Positions 23,719-35,609 of a stretch of 43,025 bases of DNA are shown piece by piece. How positions within the stretch are numbered: position 1 is the first letter of the stretch; each line of letters starts with the position of its first letter. The translations under genes were made by a program, and so were the position numbers. Under the pieces are notes generated by a model, which saw only the letters and a list, made by a program, of their open reading frames with translations, was not told the origin of the DNA and made no database searches. Source of the stretch: Octopus sinensis (Eukaryota); contig NW_021834899.1 in the NCBI RefSeq assembly GCF_006345805.1, forward strand, positions 1-43,025. The letters are read 5' to 3'.

Positions 23719-24576
23719 CTACTGATGATCGAGAAGACGTTGCCCCTCAGGTTGGGAGCAAGGGGAGGACTGGAAAATGTTGTTCAGAATTGCTTCGTCA
23801 AATTTAAGAAAGCGCATGTACACATTTAAGGAATCTGGTTTGGATAAGAAACCTTGAACGAGAGTTGCAAGCTGACTTCGCGAACCGGCCTGAAAAGTCT
23901 CAGAACTGAAAGGAAGAAGCGCATCATGTGAACGAGCGATCGAGTTATCAAATAAAACGTTCTCCGTAAGCCGTTGTAGGTCTCGGTAGCGCTCAATGGT
24001 TCTATCATTCCTTTGAATTGAATGTAGATCTGACGCTAAGTACATCTTGAGGTAAATGCTTCCGAAGTTTGGTAGAAGATTCGCCGTAGATGGGTCCCAG
24101 AAATAGTTTCTGTGAGCCGACTGCGAACGGTCAATTAGGGGGAGGAAAAGACGGAGGCGGAGATCCTGCTTCTGAATTGAAAAATCGCCGATGGCGTTCT
24201 TCCATTCCAAGAAGTAATCAGGAAAATGAAGATCTCGGATATTGAGACCTCGATAACTATCAAGTACTTGCTGGATTTCCGGGTCGAATGCATGGCTTTG
24301 GTAGGCTTCCAGAATCAGGTACATCACACAGTGTGCTATGTAAAGCTGGCATCCCGCGAGGGTACAATCAGATAGACGCTGCTGTGGAACAATGCTCATC
24401 ACTACGGAATAAATTCGAGAAATGAGTGGTCCGAAAAAGAATGTATCTGGAGTATAGTCTATCCATGTTATGGTCGACGTCGGTGAACAAAAAGATTTTG
24501 AATCGGCCAACAATATGAAAGGGGTGAGATTTACTTCGTAACTCTTTCGTTGTGCCTTGATCATATCGCCTTTCAT
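23719..24576 (-). CDS. Partiti-like capsid EVE ORF, copy B (285 aa, open)
   Basis: Differs from 4713-5570 at two residues (LPFPDYL vs LHFPDYF). Confidence 0.45.
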   Translation of the reverse strand: MKGDMIKAQRKSYEVNLTPFILLADSKSFCSPTSTITWIDYTPDTFFFGPLISRIYSVVMSIVPQQRLSDCTLAGCQLYIAHCVMYLILEAYQSHAFDPEIQQVLDSYRGLNIRDLHFPDYFLEWKNAIGDFSIQKQDLRLRLFLPLIDRSQSAHRNYFWDPSTANLLPNFGSIYLKMYLASDLHSIQRNDRTIERYRDLQRLTENVLFDNSIARSHDALLPFSSETFQAGSRSQLATLVQGFLSKPDSLNVYMRFLKFDEAILNNIFQSSPCSQPEGQRLLDHQ

Positions 24577-25750
24577 CTCGTTTCCCTCCTGATGGAGGTC
24601 ACGTTCAAAAAGCCATTAACCATAGCCTGAGGATTAGGCGTGATTGACCTAGAGAACATGAATTTAGGGTGCTTTATCATTGCCGCTATTGCACTCGTAC
24701 ACATAAAGTATCCAGGCAGCGACATAGAGCTAAAAGCAGAGGCTTTAACAAGGCCTAATCCCTTCTAATAAATGCATAAGTGATCCGGATTTAGGACTTC
24801 AAAACAATGCCCTATGAACCTACTCACTTCATTTACATGAGCAGATGCAAATAGAGATTCTACCATTACAGCTCTTTCCAGCTCCCTTGGGAACGCTGCA
24901 CATAGTGATACTACACGTGACAATACTGCATTCCCTGCATTGTAGAAAGGGATAGTACAGAATCGTAGTGCAGACATCGGATCTTCAGGACATGTGTACA
25001 ACATTTTGTCCAAGAGACAGCAAAGCTTATCTAATCCTCTGTCTGGTAGATACTTTTGGTACATTTTCAAGACCACAAGACCTCTCAGGCTGGTATGCTG
25101 GGTCCAAATTGCGCATCACGGTGTGGTATCTGTCCATGAGAGGATCTACTGCATCCGGGTTTCTTTCGGCTGCATGAGCAAATCTTACAGGCGAGAGCGC
25201 TTTCATTAAGGCAACTCTCCACTCTTCAAGTGTTGCTCTTCCTCCTTCTGCACCAGACTCCCAAATTCATGGCCATCTTTGCTGTTCTGACTTTGAAACC
25301 TTTTTCAACTAAGGAATATTCTGTGATATCCTGATACTCTTCAGTGATTTCAATGTCTCCAAAATTCGCGGGAGCATCAAATGTATAGTTTATTAAGAAG
25401 ATAGCTAGACTGGATGTCACTAAATCCTGGTTAAAGTCAGTCATTCGACTCAAAGTATTTATTATCGCTCGATCGTTCTTCGTATATTTGTATTTTAGCT
25501 CTATCATAAATGGTCTATATTCGCGAGCGAAGGTGCCAACCTCCATCTTAACATCATGATCGGCCCTCCACTCATGTACACTTTCTGATAACTAGGGTTA
25601 TCCCAGTCTTTGTCTTTGGGTTGTAAAAATTCCCCGAGAGGAATTTGCGAGGTTTATTTCATCTCCTTCTCTCAGACCGTGTACCTTTTCTATCTGTTGA
25701 TATTCACTTTCTCCAATTGAATCTTTTACAAAATCTGCGAAGTTTCTCAT
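24573..25750 (-). pseudogene. Rhabdovirus-like nucleoprotein EVE, copy B (frameshifted)
   Basis: Duplicate of 5567-6751 with the same TAG plus several extra indels. Confidence 0.8.
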
Positions 25751-25755
25751 ATATG

Positions 25756-26116
25756 ATGACTAGGGCAACCGGAAAGTTGCTCATAATAATGTAAAAAATT
25801 GACCTTAAAAGTCAACTAAATTGCTTTAAAAAATAAAAAAAGTTGACTTAATATGCATAAAAAGTTGCCCTAAGAAACAGAAATTTATTAAAACACAACA
25901 TTAAATAATATTTAACATTTTCAGGTAGGAAATTTCTATCTTTGGTTAAAATTTTGTGAAGAATAGAAAATGATCTTTCTACTTCACACGATGTTGCCGG
26001 ACAATCCAATAATAATGCGTGGTGAAATGGAGTAATTGGTAGCTTAGATAACTCCATTATTTTGAAAATGTCGTTTCTTGAAATTCGTAAGCTTATCTCC
26101 GAAGTGACCACCACTC
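25756..26116 (-). mobile_element. hAT-like 3' end, copy B
   Basis: Duplicate of 6757-7118. Confidence 0.7.
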
Positions 26117-26117
26117 A

Positions 26118-28136
26118 ATGATAATGAGAATGAACTGTTCTCCACATCCCATACTGAAACCAACTTATTTCTATGATTACGAAAACGCAGATTGGAATGC
26201 TTTCGCAAAGTACGTCGATTCAAGGCTCCAGAACTTCCACCCTGAAAATTTTTCTTCCTTGGACAGAGCAGTGGAAAGCTTCAACAAAACTATCATAGAT
26301 GCAAGGAATTTGATTATCAAAAGAGCATGTATAAGAAGCGGGAGCTCAAAATATGATTCAAGAACGAAAAAACTAATTAGAGAAAGAATCAGTCTCAAGA
26401 AAAAAAAGTATCGACCCAAAGGAATCATCGATCGAATCAGGGCTCTAAACATGCTTATTACGAATAATACCAACCAAGTCCAAAGGAAGAAGCTCAGCCG
26501 AATCTCTAGAGCTATGAATAAACAAGCCTCTATTTCGACCATGTGGACGATGTTGAGACGCTTGAAGAATCCTGACGAGCGTAAAACAGAAACATACCAG
26601 CTCAATCTAAACAATTTTATGAAACATTGTGTCAAGATTAGTCATATTCCTTATAAAAAAATGAACTCACAGCCAAGATTAAAATCAAAGCCATCCAAAG
26701 GGCCCCCGACGACTTATTTTCTTCCTGAAGAGGTGTCTGAAACAATCTCGAATCAGAAGAAAAAAAACTCATGTGGACCGGATGGAATTCCACTTAATCT
26801 ACTAAAACACTTGGGCCCTGTTTCAATAAATGCTTTAACCACGATCTATAACACGTCATTAATCACGAACGCTATACCGAACTTATAGAAACTATCAAAA
26901 ATCCGGCCAATATTAAAACCTGGAAGACCGAAGAACGACCCCGGCTCCTATAGACCAGTATCCTTATATGTGTGTTGTCAAGAATCTTGGAAAAACTGGT
27001 CCTAAAACATATTCGACCTTTCCTCCCACAATCTACATTCCAACATGGATTCAAGGAAGGATTGTCAACGACCTCCTTCCTTACCACACTAACAGATTTC
27101 ATAAATGAAGGACACAAAAATGCAGGAAAAATCGATTGTATGCACTATCGACATTGAAAAAGCGTTTGACTCCGTCCCGAGGAAGATCCTAATTCAAAAG
27201 ATATTTGGTACAAATATTTCTACACCTATGAAGCTATGGATTGCGAATTTTTTGAGGGGACGTCGTGGGAAAGTGTGCGTCGGGAACGAGAGTTCAAGAT
27301 CACGCTTATTGCCAATGGTGTACCCCAGGGTTCCCTTATCTCCGACCCTCTCAACTTGTTTCTGAATGATCTCCCGGCTCCTATGGATAATAATGACATA
27401 CTACTCTCCTATGTCGATGACATAGTTGTCGCATCTAGGGATGTAAATGTCGAATACGCGAAGAAGAAAGACTACAAAGAATACTGGACTACTTATATGG
27501 ATGGCTATATGAAAACAGACTACATGCATGTTCCGAAAAGTCAGCAGTCACTCTATTCAAGAAAAGGGAAGATGGGGACGAAAACTATTGATGTCACGTT
27601 GAACGGAATTCCAATACCACAAAAGAAAACACAGAAGATATTGGGAGTAACGCTTGATACTTTCCTCTGTTTTTCACCTCACGTAGAATCGATCGTATCA
27701 ACCTGTATAAAGAAGATCAATTTTGTAAAAGCCTTCCTTTGGAACTGTGGGAGAACTTATCCGCCAGGGGTAGAGACCCTTTACAATCAGTATATCGAGC
27801 CAACAATAGGCTATGCATGTGCTGCTTGGGGCAGTAACCTGGCGGCAACGAACCGGCTAAAAATCGAAAAAATTCATGAAAGATCTATCAACCTGCTGAA
27901 GGACCACACCGATAGGGAAATTGTCCATAGAACACTGGAGTCTCTCGTAGAGGCGAATGGGGGGGATCGTGGAAATGGACCACAAACCATTCACCGTACA
28001 TACAGAAAGTGTGTGGGGTCACGGTCGGAACATCGTGAAAAGATGCCTCGACTGTTGAGAAGTGTCGGAATCACCTGAACGTGTTAGTTAATTGGTTAAG
28101 ACGGTGATTCTGTTTGGCTTAAATAATAATAATGTA
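26118..28136 (+). mobile_element. 5'-truncated LINE, copy B
   Basis: Duplicate of 7120-9145, with YADD changed to YVDD. Confidence 0.92.
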
Positions 28137-29703
28137 ACTATCAAAATATATCAAATAATCATATAACTCTCTTAGGAGATACAGAAGACATGATACGAAG
28201 AAAATCACTTGCAACTTTCGCGCTCAAAAGATTAAACAACATATGGTTGAGAGGCAAAAAAATTTCTGCGTTTTTAAAAATCAAACTTTACAATATGTTC
28301 GTAAAACCAGTCCTACTGTACAACTCCTCCTCTTGGGCACTCACAGTGCATGAAATGGAAAATCTCAATCCTTCCACAGAATGCAGCTGAAATACATCCT
28401 AGGAATCTTTTGGCCAAAACGGATTTCAAAAGATTAACAACAAAACGGATTTCAACATCAATATTCTTAGTAATATTGAAAACAATTGAATATTGAATAA
28501 CTTTGGACTTTGAAAAATGCAGTTTTTTAGAAAAATTTGAAATTGTAGATGTGGTCTGGCAAATGGACGGTGACGGATGTGATTGTTAGATGCGCAATAT
28601 GTGATTCAACATTCACAAAAGTATACATTCGGTATTTTATTCTCTGGGTTAAAATACAGTTACAGGCGAATCCTCTTTTTGTACGCAAAGTTATTATATA
28701 ATTTAGTTTGGACGGTATATAAAATAAAGATTAAATTAAAAAAAAAATCAACAGATTGTATTCAACAATACTGTCTTTATATACAAACTAAATCAAAAAA
28801 TGCACTAATCACTGTTAATAATGTTTATCAGCATTTATAGATGCCTTCAAATCGACTCCCTTCGTATAAGAGAAGATTAAAAGAACCAATAAACATAACA
28901 ATAATGAATAGACAAAAATAAACAGAAAATATAAAAAAATTGTAAATAAGTTAGTAATAATAAGATACTGTGTACAAATTTAATTTTTGTAAATACAAAA
29001 TTTCATAGTGCATCACAAGAAAAACTAATAATAAGCGTGAAAATACACCGGTATAATTGATTGTTTATGTATCAATTATTTTTTAATTCTAATTAATATA
29101 AAGTATAATAAATAACAAAAAATGTCACCCTTTAGTGAGTGTGTGAGATGCCTCTTTTTTCCGTTCAACAATTAAGAAAAATGTTTAGATAGCAGAAGAT
29201 ATAGGAGAATATGCTTGCCCTAAAGATTCTTACGTTCAATGCAAGAGGAATATCTAAGCCTCCTCGAGAAATATTTTCTTTCACGACCTAAAAAGATATA
29301 TAGTTTTTATTGGATGTATAAACGATATAATCTGCGTAATCGTGATCCATCTGAATAACCAAGGCTCTCCTAAAAATATACTAACAATTATAATATGCAC
29401 ACAGTGTGGAAAAATGGTAAAAAACCTGACCGAACTGGATGAATTCTACTCAGCATTATCAAAAACGTATAACGAATATGAGCCTTCCTCACTTATATAC
29501 AAAAAAGAACTCAGAAGATACCTTCATGGGAAGACAGTGCAAAGATACATGCTTTGGCCCATACTTGGCCATTTCTGTACACTAAATAAACTGTTCTTGT
29601 GCCGCATTCTCCCATCATTCATACCACATAACCACTTGGATGGGCGAACGAAGAAATAAAGATGGAAAGCTAGTCTCTACATACAACCAAATTGATTATA
29701 TTA

Positions 29704-32151
29704 TGTCACCGGTTTTATAGCCCACTGGGTTGGATAACCCACCTACTGCACCAACTTAATGAAATAACAAATTTTGATGACACCACTACTATATACGATA
29801 AAGAGGAAAAGAGAGGGCTCAGGACGCTTAAAAATCGTTTTTGCTTCAAAGTTCCTGAAAAAACGTATATAAAAGTCGGAAATAAAAAACTGCGTTTTTT
29901 TACTCTAGAACAGGGGTCACCAAACTTTTTGCACTCGCGGGCCGGATTGACCCCAACACAATGAACGCGGGCCGGAGCACGTGCATAGGATTATAATTTT
30001 ACTAGAAATTCATAAGTGTGTTTTTTACAATAAAAACTAATTTAAAACAAAAATAAAGTAAACAAAAATTTTAATGAGAGCTATGGAACTGTGATCTTTT
30101 TTTGATAAGTTCATCAATATTTGGTTTTAAATTGCTGCACCCTATCATGAGAATTGATTTTAAGTGTCCGTCAGTCAATCTTGCACGATGGGCAGACTTA
30201 ACATATTTCATCCTCGAAAACGTTTGCTCACATTGGTAAGTTGTGCCAAATATAGAAATCATCTTTTATATTTTTTCCAAGCTCTTCAGTTCTCCGTGAT
30301 ACAGAACTCGCCGACAAACTTATTCCATCAAATAAGGAAGAATTTAGTGGGCACAAACAATTAACTGCTTTCAATAATGCAATTTTGATATACATCCCAT
30401 CACTAAAGGGTTTCCCGTGTTGTGAAATAATTTTCGTTATCTCGTATCCAGCTCTTGTTACATTTCATTATTTTCAAAATTTTTTTTTATAAGGCCTTGT
30501 TGAATTTGTAAAGTGCGTTTCAGTGATTCAACTTTATCCTCACGTAGCTTTCCAGTGTACTTGGAATATATCGGAGCATGATTCGTTTCATAATGACGTC
30601 GAATGTTATACTCCTTCATAAGAGAGATGTTCGTGGCATATTAAAAAATAAGCTTTCTGCTTTAATTCATCTTCGCAAAAAATACTACTTCAATTCCCAT
30701 ATTTATTGAATACACGGCATTCGCGGTCAACCTTTCTTTTCATATAGACATAGCAACAAAGAAAATTTAACGTTAATGCTGATAAGTTTTTTTTCGAATT
30801 AAATCTTGCAAAATAGTTTAATTTTTTAATTAAAGTTTTTATTTAAGTTATTATTAAGGTATTAATGAATATCTCGAAATAGTGCGCGGGCCGGATAAAA
30901 TGTTGTCGCGGGCCGGATCCGGCCCGCGGGCCGTAGTTTGGTGACGTCTGCTCTAGAAGAAAGTGAGCTAAAGTTAAAAATTATTGAGGTATCTATTTCA
31001 AAACAATTGAAGATCGAGCATATGAATACTCATTTTGGTAGACAGAATGCTATCGTTACTAAGAGACCAAATATATTCAGCAACAAGGGAAGAAATTTGT
31101 AGTGTGATAGGAAAATGTGTCTATTGCCAAGTAATGTTGTTAATCAGTGTTAGTCGAAAAATTTCATGGCAACAAACCCCATAATTGCAAGAGGACCTAG
31201 AGATCGGTATATTGCAGATTTAGTGGATCTAAGGAGATATTCAAACCTTAACAGCAATTATGGATGGGTCTTTTTTTTGAATAAGTCATAGTTGGTTGTT
31301 GTAATCGACTCCTTTTCCAAATTTGCAGTGGTAAAACTTGCAAAAACGAAATCACCTGAAGAAATAACAAGAAAGTTAAAAAAGATTTTCTTCTTAATCC
31401 GACCCCCGTTTATCTTGCAAACAGACAACGGGAAAGAGTTCAAGAATAAATGCATGGAAATAATGTGCTCCGAATTAAACATCACTCATATTTGTGGACG
31501 ACCTAGAGCACCCTGGGTTCGGGGGCAAGTGGAGAGGTTTCTTATAGTCAATTTATTTGTAGGTTTAATCAATCAATTAAAAGATGGATTAGCTCTACAA
31601 GTGCATACAACGGAATGCTAGGGAAATTCAAGGAATTTTATCAAGAAATTGTATACAAATATAACTCTACACAACACGAAACTACCAAATGGGCGCCCTT
31701 CAAAATTTTTATGGGGGATAAAAGAGATTCGGAGAGAACAGAAGATCAAATAAATGCATTGTTAATGTTCGACTGAACAAATGCAGAACAAAGTGATGAG
31801 TCAAATTCGAATTATTTTGAAAATGACGATAAAAGAACTGAGAAACAAGTGCATGAAAACCTTGTTAAAGCTGGAGAGAAAATGAAAAAACGTCGTAAGT
31901 GGAAATATGACGCAGAAGACATTAAAATTCGAGATACAGTGCTGCTTAAAAAAAATTTGATTAAAATATTGATTTTTTAAATGAATTAATTCTTATTTTT
32001 TATTGACTCCCATTAAATAAATAAAATTTTATTTATTTTAAAAATGTAAAGCACAAATGAATTCAGATGATTTTTAGATTATATTTATATTTTTTTGGTA
32101 GTTTTTTCGATGGTGGGTTATCCAATCCGGTGGGCTATAAAACCGGTGACA
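29704..32151 (+). mobile_element. Ginger2-like DNA transposon with both TIRs, a 5-bp TSD and an intron-containing integrase gene
   Basis: 40-bp TIRs (tgtcaccggttttatagcccac... / ...gtgggctataaaaccggtgaca) and TSD TATTA. HHCC finger and DDE core: RYIADLVD, VIDSFSKF, LQTDNGKEF, GQVERFN. Introns at 30989-31012, 31131-31153, 31268-31291 and 31537-31562. Confidence 0.9.
29911..30950 (-). mobile_element. Internally deleted hAT (Buster/SPIN, GTF2IRD2-like) element
   Basis: TIRs caggggtcaccaaact / agtttggtgacgtctg and 8-bp TSD CTCTAGAA. Remnants KRKVDRECRVFN and FGTTYQCEQTFSRMK...QFHSSH. Confidence 0.93.
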
Positions 32152-33149
32152 TATTATATGCCGGATTAATGACAAACGCCCTCTCATATGAAGATTTAGT
32201 CAGTGATCACAGAGTGGTTATTGTCACCTTCAGCATGGCCAAACATAAGAAACATAACAACATTACAAACAATGTTATTGAGAACACATGAAGTGGATAT
32301 GCAACAGAAATTACAAAAAATATTTGCTCCCATCTGAAGAAACAAACAGTAGGAATTTCGTGAGATGGGATTAGCACATAATAAAAAAAGTAGAAAGCTA
32401 TTCACGCGGGAGACGGCCAATACGGATCGGACGGTACATACAGAACTAGCAAAGGAGTTAAAAGAAATCCATACACAGGAACTAAACGAAAAAGACTATA
32501 ACAAAAGAAAAGCCTTTCAGGGGCAGAGGGACCAGATCCGTAAAAAATCAGAGGACTGAGCAAAAGATCTGCTCCGCAAAATTAAAAGGTTATTTAAACT
32601 AAAAGATAATTCACAAATGTATGTGGGCACTCGTTTATTACGACACGTAAACCAGAAATAACGAATAATCATCAAGGATAAAAATGGCAAAACTTTACTG
32701 AATGCTGAGGAGCAGGTGGAGATAATTGCAACACATTTTGAGAAATTTTTCAATGTGATTAAAGACCCCTAACTAATTACAATTTTGGAAATAAAAACAG
32801 CATGTTAAAAACTAAAAAATAACAAAAGCCCTGGACTAGATACAATAAATCCAGAATTTAAAATATGGCCCTTTCTCCCTTTGTGAAAAAATCGCTACAC
32901 TACTAACTGAATGTTTTCAACTAACTCAACTTATTGACCATTGAAAGAATGAATATTTATTTGACCTAAATGACACATTAATTTTACAAAATCATATGTA
33001 ATACCCCTATAATTTTATTTTTATAATTAAATTTTTAAACAAAATCAGACAAATTCGAATTAGAGAGAAATTTGTGTGCTCTCAGGCTTTCCGCTATATC
33101 CAACTGGTTGACATTATTGACATTATTGACTTTTGGTTGCCCTAGTCAT

Positions 33150-33330
33150 TAGGTATGTTGTCCCCCCATTTCTTCGCAAGATCTCTTCAAAAGTGGGAGA
33201 GTTTTGTAGATTATTGATTAAATTTCTGAAATTTTTCCCGAATTTCCCCACGCTGTGCAGGCGTAACTAATTGTGGGTTCGATATACTGATTATAGACGG
33301 TTTGGCGAGTGGCGAGGCTCTCCACTGTCT
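33150..33330 (-). mobile_element. LINE fragment related to 7120-9145
   Basis: LYNQYIEPTISYACTAWG. Confidence 0.7.
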
Positions 33331-33593
33331 TTATTTTCAAAGGAAAATTCTAAGTATGAAGATGGCATATTCTTTGACAAATCCGCAATGATTTGTGTAA
33401 ACATTCGTATTGGTGGAAATTATTCTTTCTGGGTAAATAATTAAAACCGTGGTGTGATCCCCTGAAGTAATTAATTAACTAAAAAGAGAAATCGCCAAAA
33501 AAATCTAGCTATTTAAAATCAATTAAATCAGAATTAAAATTTAAAAGGAAAAAAACTCAATAAATGAGCCAATAATAACGAGAAATCAATGAA

Positions 33594-35048
33594 CTAAATA
33601 ATATATCCCAAGTCAAGTTTTTTCTTCGACTTGACCTCTTGGATTCCATCAAGAAAGTCAATATGATAGATTGTATCCTGCTCCTTCCTCAGCGCAATCA
33701 TCCCCTTAAGAAATGACCCACAACTCCAATACTGCCTCGATGCACACAGCACGACACTGTGACCCATTAAAGTCCTCTGTCGACCTTGCCAGCTCAAAGT
33801 AGTTGACATCCTTACTAATCTTTTATACCAACTCAAAAAACCCCACAGTCATTTTCCTTGAGTGAATTTGCAGAATTCGAAGACGAGCTTCCTCATTCGG
33901 GTTGGGAAATTCGATTTTCTTGTCAAATCGTCCTGAGCGAAGCAAGGCCGTGTCCAGAATATCAACTCTGTTGGTTGCTGCGATCACTTTAACGTCTGTG
34001 TTAGGCAGGAATCCGTCCATTTGAAACAACAACTCAATCATCGTTCTCTGCACTTCTCGATCCCCAGTTTTCTCGCTGTCAAACCTCTTAGTCCCTGAAA
34101 TCACTCCAAACACTAAAACCAATGGCATCCAGTTCGTCTATAAAGATTATGGCCGGAGCCTTCTCTTTGGCCAAATTGAAAGCATCCCTCACCATTTTTG
34201 CCCCATCGCCGATAAACATTTGCACAAGCTGAGGACCGGCCATTTTAGGAATGTTGACTTGGTCTGGGCTGCACATGCCCGAGCCATCAACGTCTTTCCC
34301 GTACCAGGGACACCGTAGAGAAGTACTCCTACCGAACTTACCAATATGAGTACCCACCCTTAGGAGGCTGAATTCCAAGAGACTCAAATTTATCTTTATG
34401 TTCCATTGGGAGGACTACAGCTTCAATCAGCTCTTCAATTTGTTTTTCGAGCCCCCCAATGTCACTGTACTCCTCCGTGGGTCTCTCGTCTACTTCCATT
34501 GCCTTTACTCTCGAATCATACCTTATTTTATAAATAATATAATACTCTCTTGGAAGCTTCTCCAAAATAAGATAACTGTCCTTATTGACCCCCTAACAGT
34601 AAAACACGTGGATACATACGACAAGGTCATCCGGTTTTAAATCCTCTGGCTCTACTAGTCCAATGACTGGAAGAAAGTATGTCTGTCGGGTTGAGGTCTT
34701 TACAATAGCACATTTTCCTTTTCGCTGTGAGTCCAGGTTTATTGTTGCTCCTTCTTCCTCAAATTGGTCATTATCCAACTCCAGGATCTAAGGAATGAGG
34801 TTAAAAAGAACCTCAGCGACGTTGGACACCAAATATGGGAGCATTCGGTTGACTTTCAGTTTTTCTTTGCTCTCCTTATTTTTGTTTTTCATGAACTGAA
34901 TGTCATATTTGAGGGTCTGCATCTCAGAGCGCATGCACTGTGGTTTGATTATGGTAGATTATACGAATATTTCATCTTCTATTAGTTTTGTCCATCCTTT
35001 TATCTCCTCGGTAGGGAGTTTAAGAACGTCCTCATCACCGGAAGGCAT
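33594..35048 (-). CDS. PSMC3: 26S proteasome AAA-ATPase subunit 6A (Rpt5), ~414 aa, 9 exons
   Basis: [24 protein letters not shown], Walker [24 protein letters not shown], Walker [24 protein letters not shown] introns at 34938-34964, 34788-34811, 34593-34619, 34522-34545, 34329-34357, 34095-34119, 33815-33841 and 33705-33732. One base is missing in the T-run at 34243-34246. Confidence 0.96.
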
Positions 35049-35609
35049 TTCCTAGTTTAATATTATAAAAATGATGTTTTTATGTTAATTATAATTAATA
35101 TTTTGTATATTCATTGACAAAAGTATTATATGATAACACCACATCAACTTCTTCATCCATTAAAAGAATGCTGCTTTGTAATAATATTTCTTTAATATTA
35201 TCTAAAATAACTTTTATCAAAAATAAAAAAAGTGTGAAAGTGCGATTCCTCAAATATTGACGCAAATTTAAAGCTGACTTGAGAATTTCAGTAGTGGTCG
35301 TATGAGACAAACTTGGGATGAAAATAGATCTTTCATATCAAGACTATTATCAAATGAGGTTTTTCAGGGTTCTCAATTATCTCCAATCCTATTTAATCTC
35401 ATGATGAGGATCTATCACGGCCAGAAGATGACAATAATCTGTTATTATATTAAGAAATAGAAGTATAATAGCAGAAACGCAAAGAACACAAGATAACCCT
35501 AATAATTTGAGTTCGTGGCTATATAAAAACAAATTGGAAGCAAGTCCGGAAAAATCTATTTTGATTTTGTTCACGAAAAACAGAATGCTTTAGAAAGCTT
35601 CAATTGAAG

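Larger units (their letters stand above)
17842..29105 (+). repeat. Segmental duplication, copy B (carries an extra MULE insertion)
   Basis: Colinear with 1-10139 apart from SNPs, small indels and 20392-21541. Confidence 0.95.
29225..32900 (+). mobile_element. Degenerate RTE-like LINE split by a Ginger insertion
   Basis: ITTWMG...YNQIDYI ends at the insertion (29703) and resumes after 32151 with ICRIND...SDHRVVI, later reaching KNNKSPGLD. Confidence 0.8.

Noticed and set aside
35095-35574. Possible host gene upstream of PSMC3
   Set aside because: Short AT-rich ORFs with no recognisable motif and no convincing exon chain.
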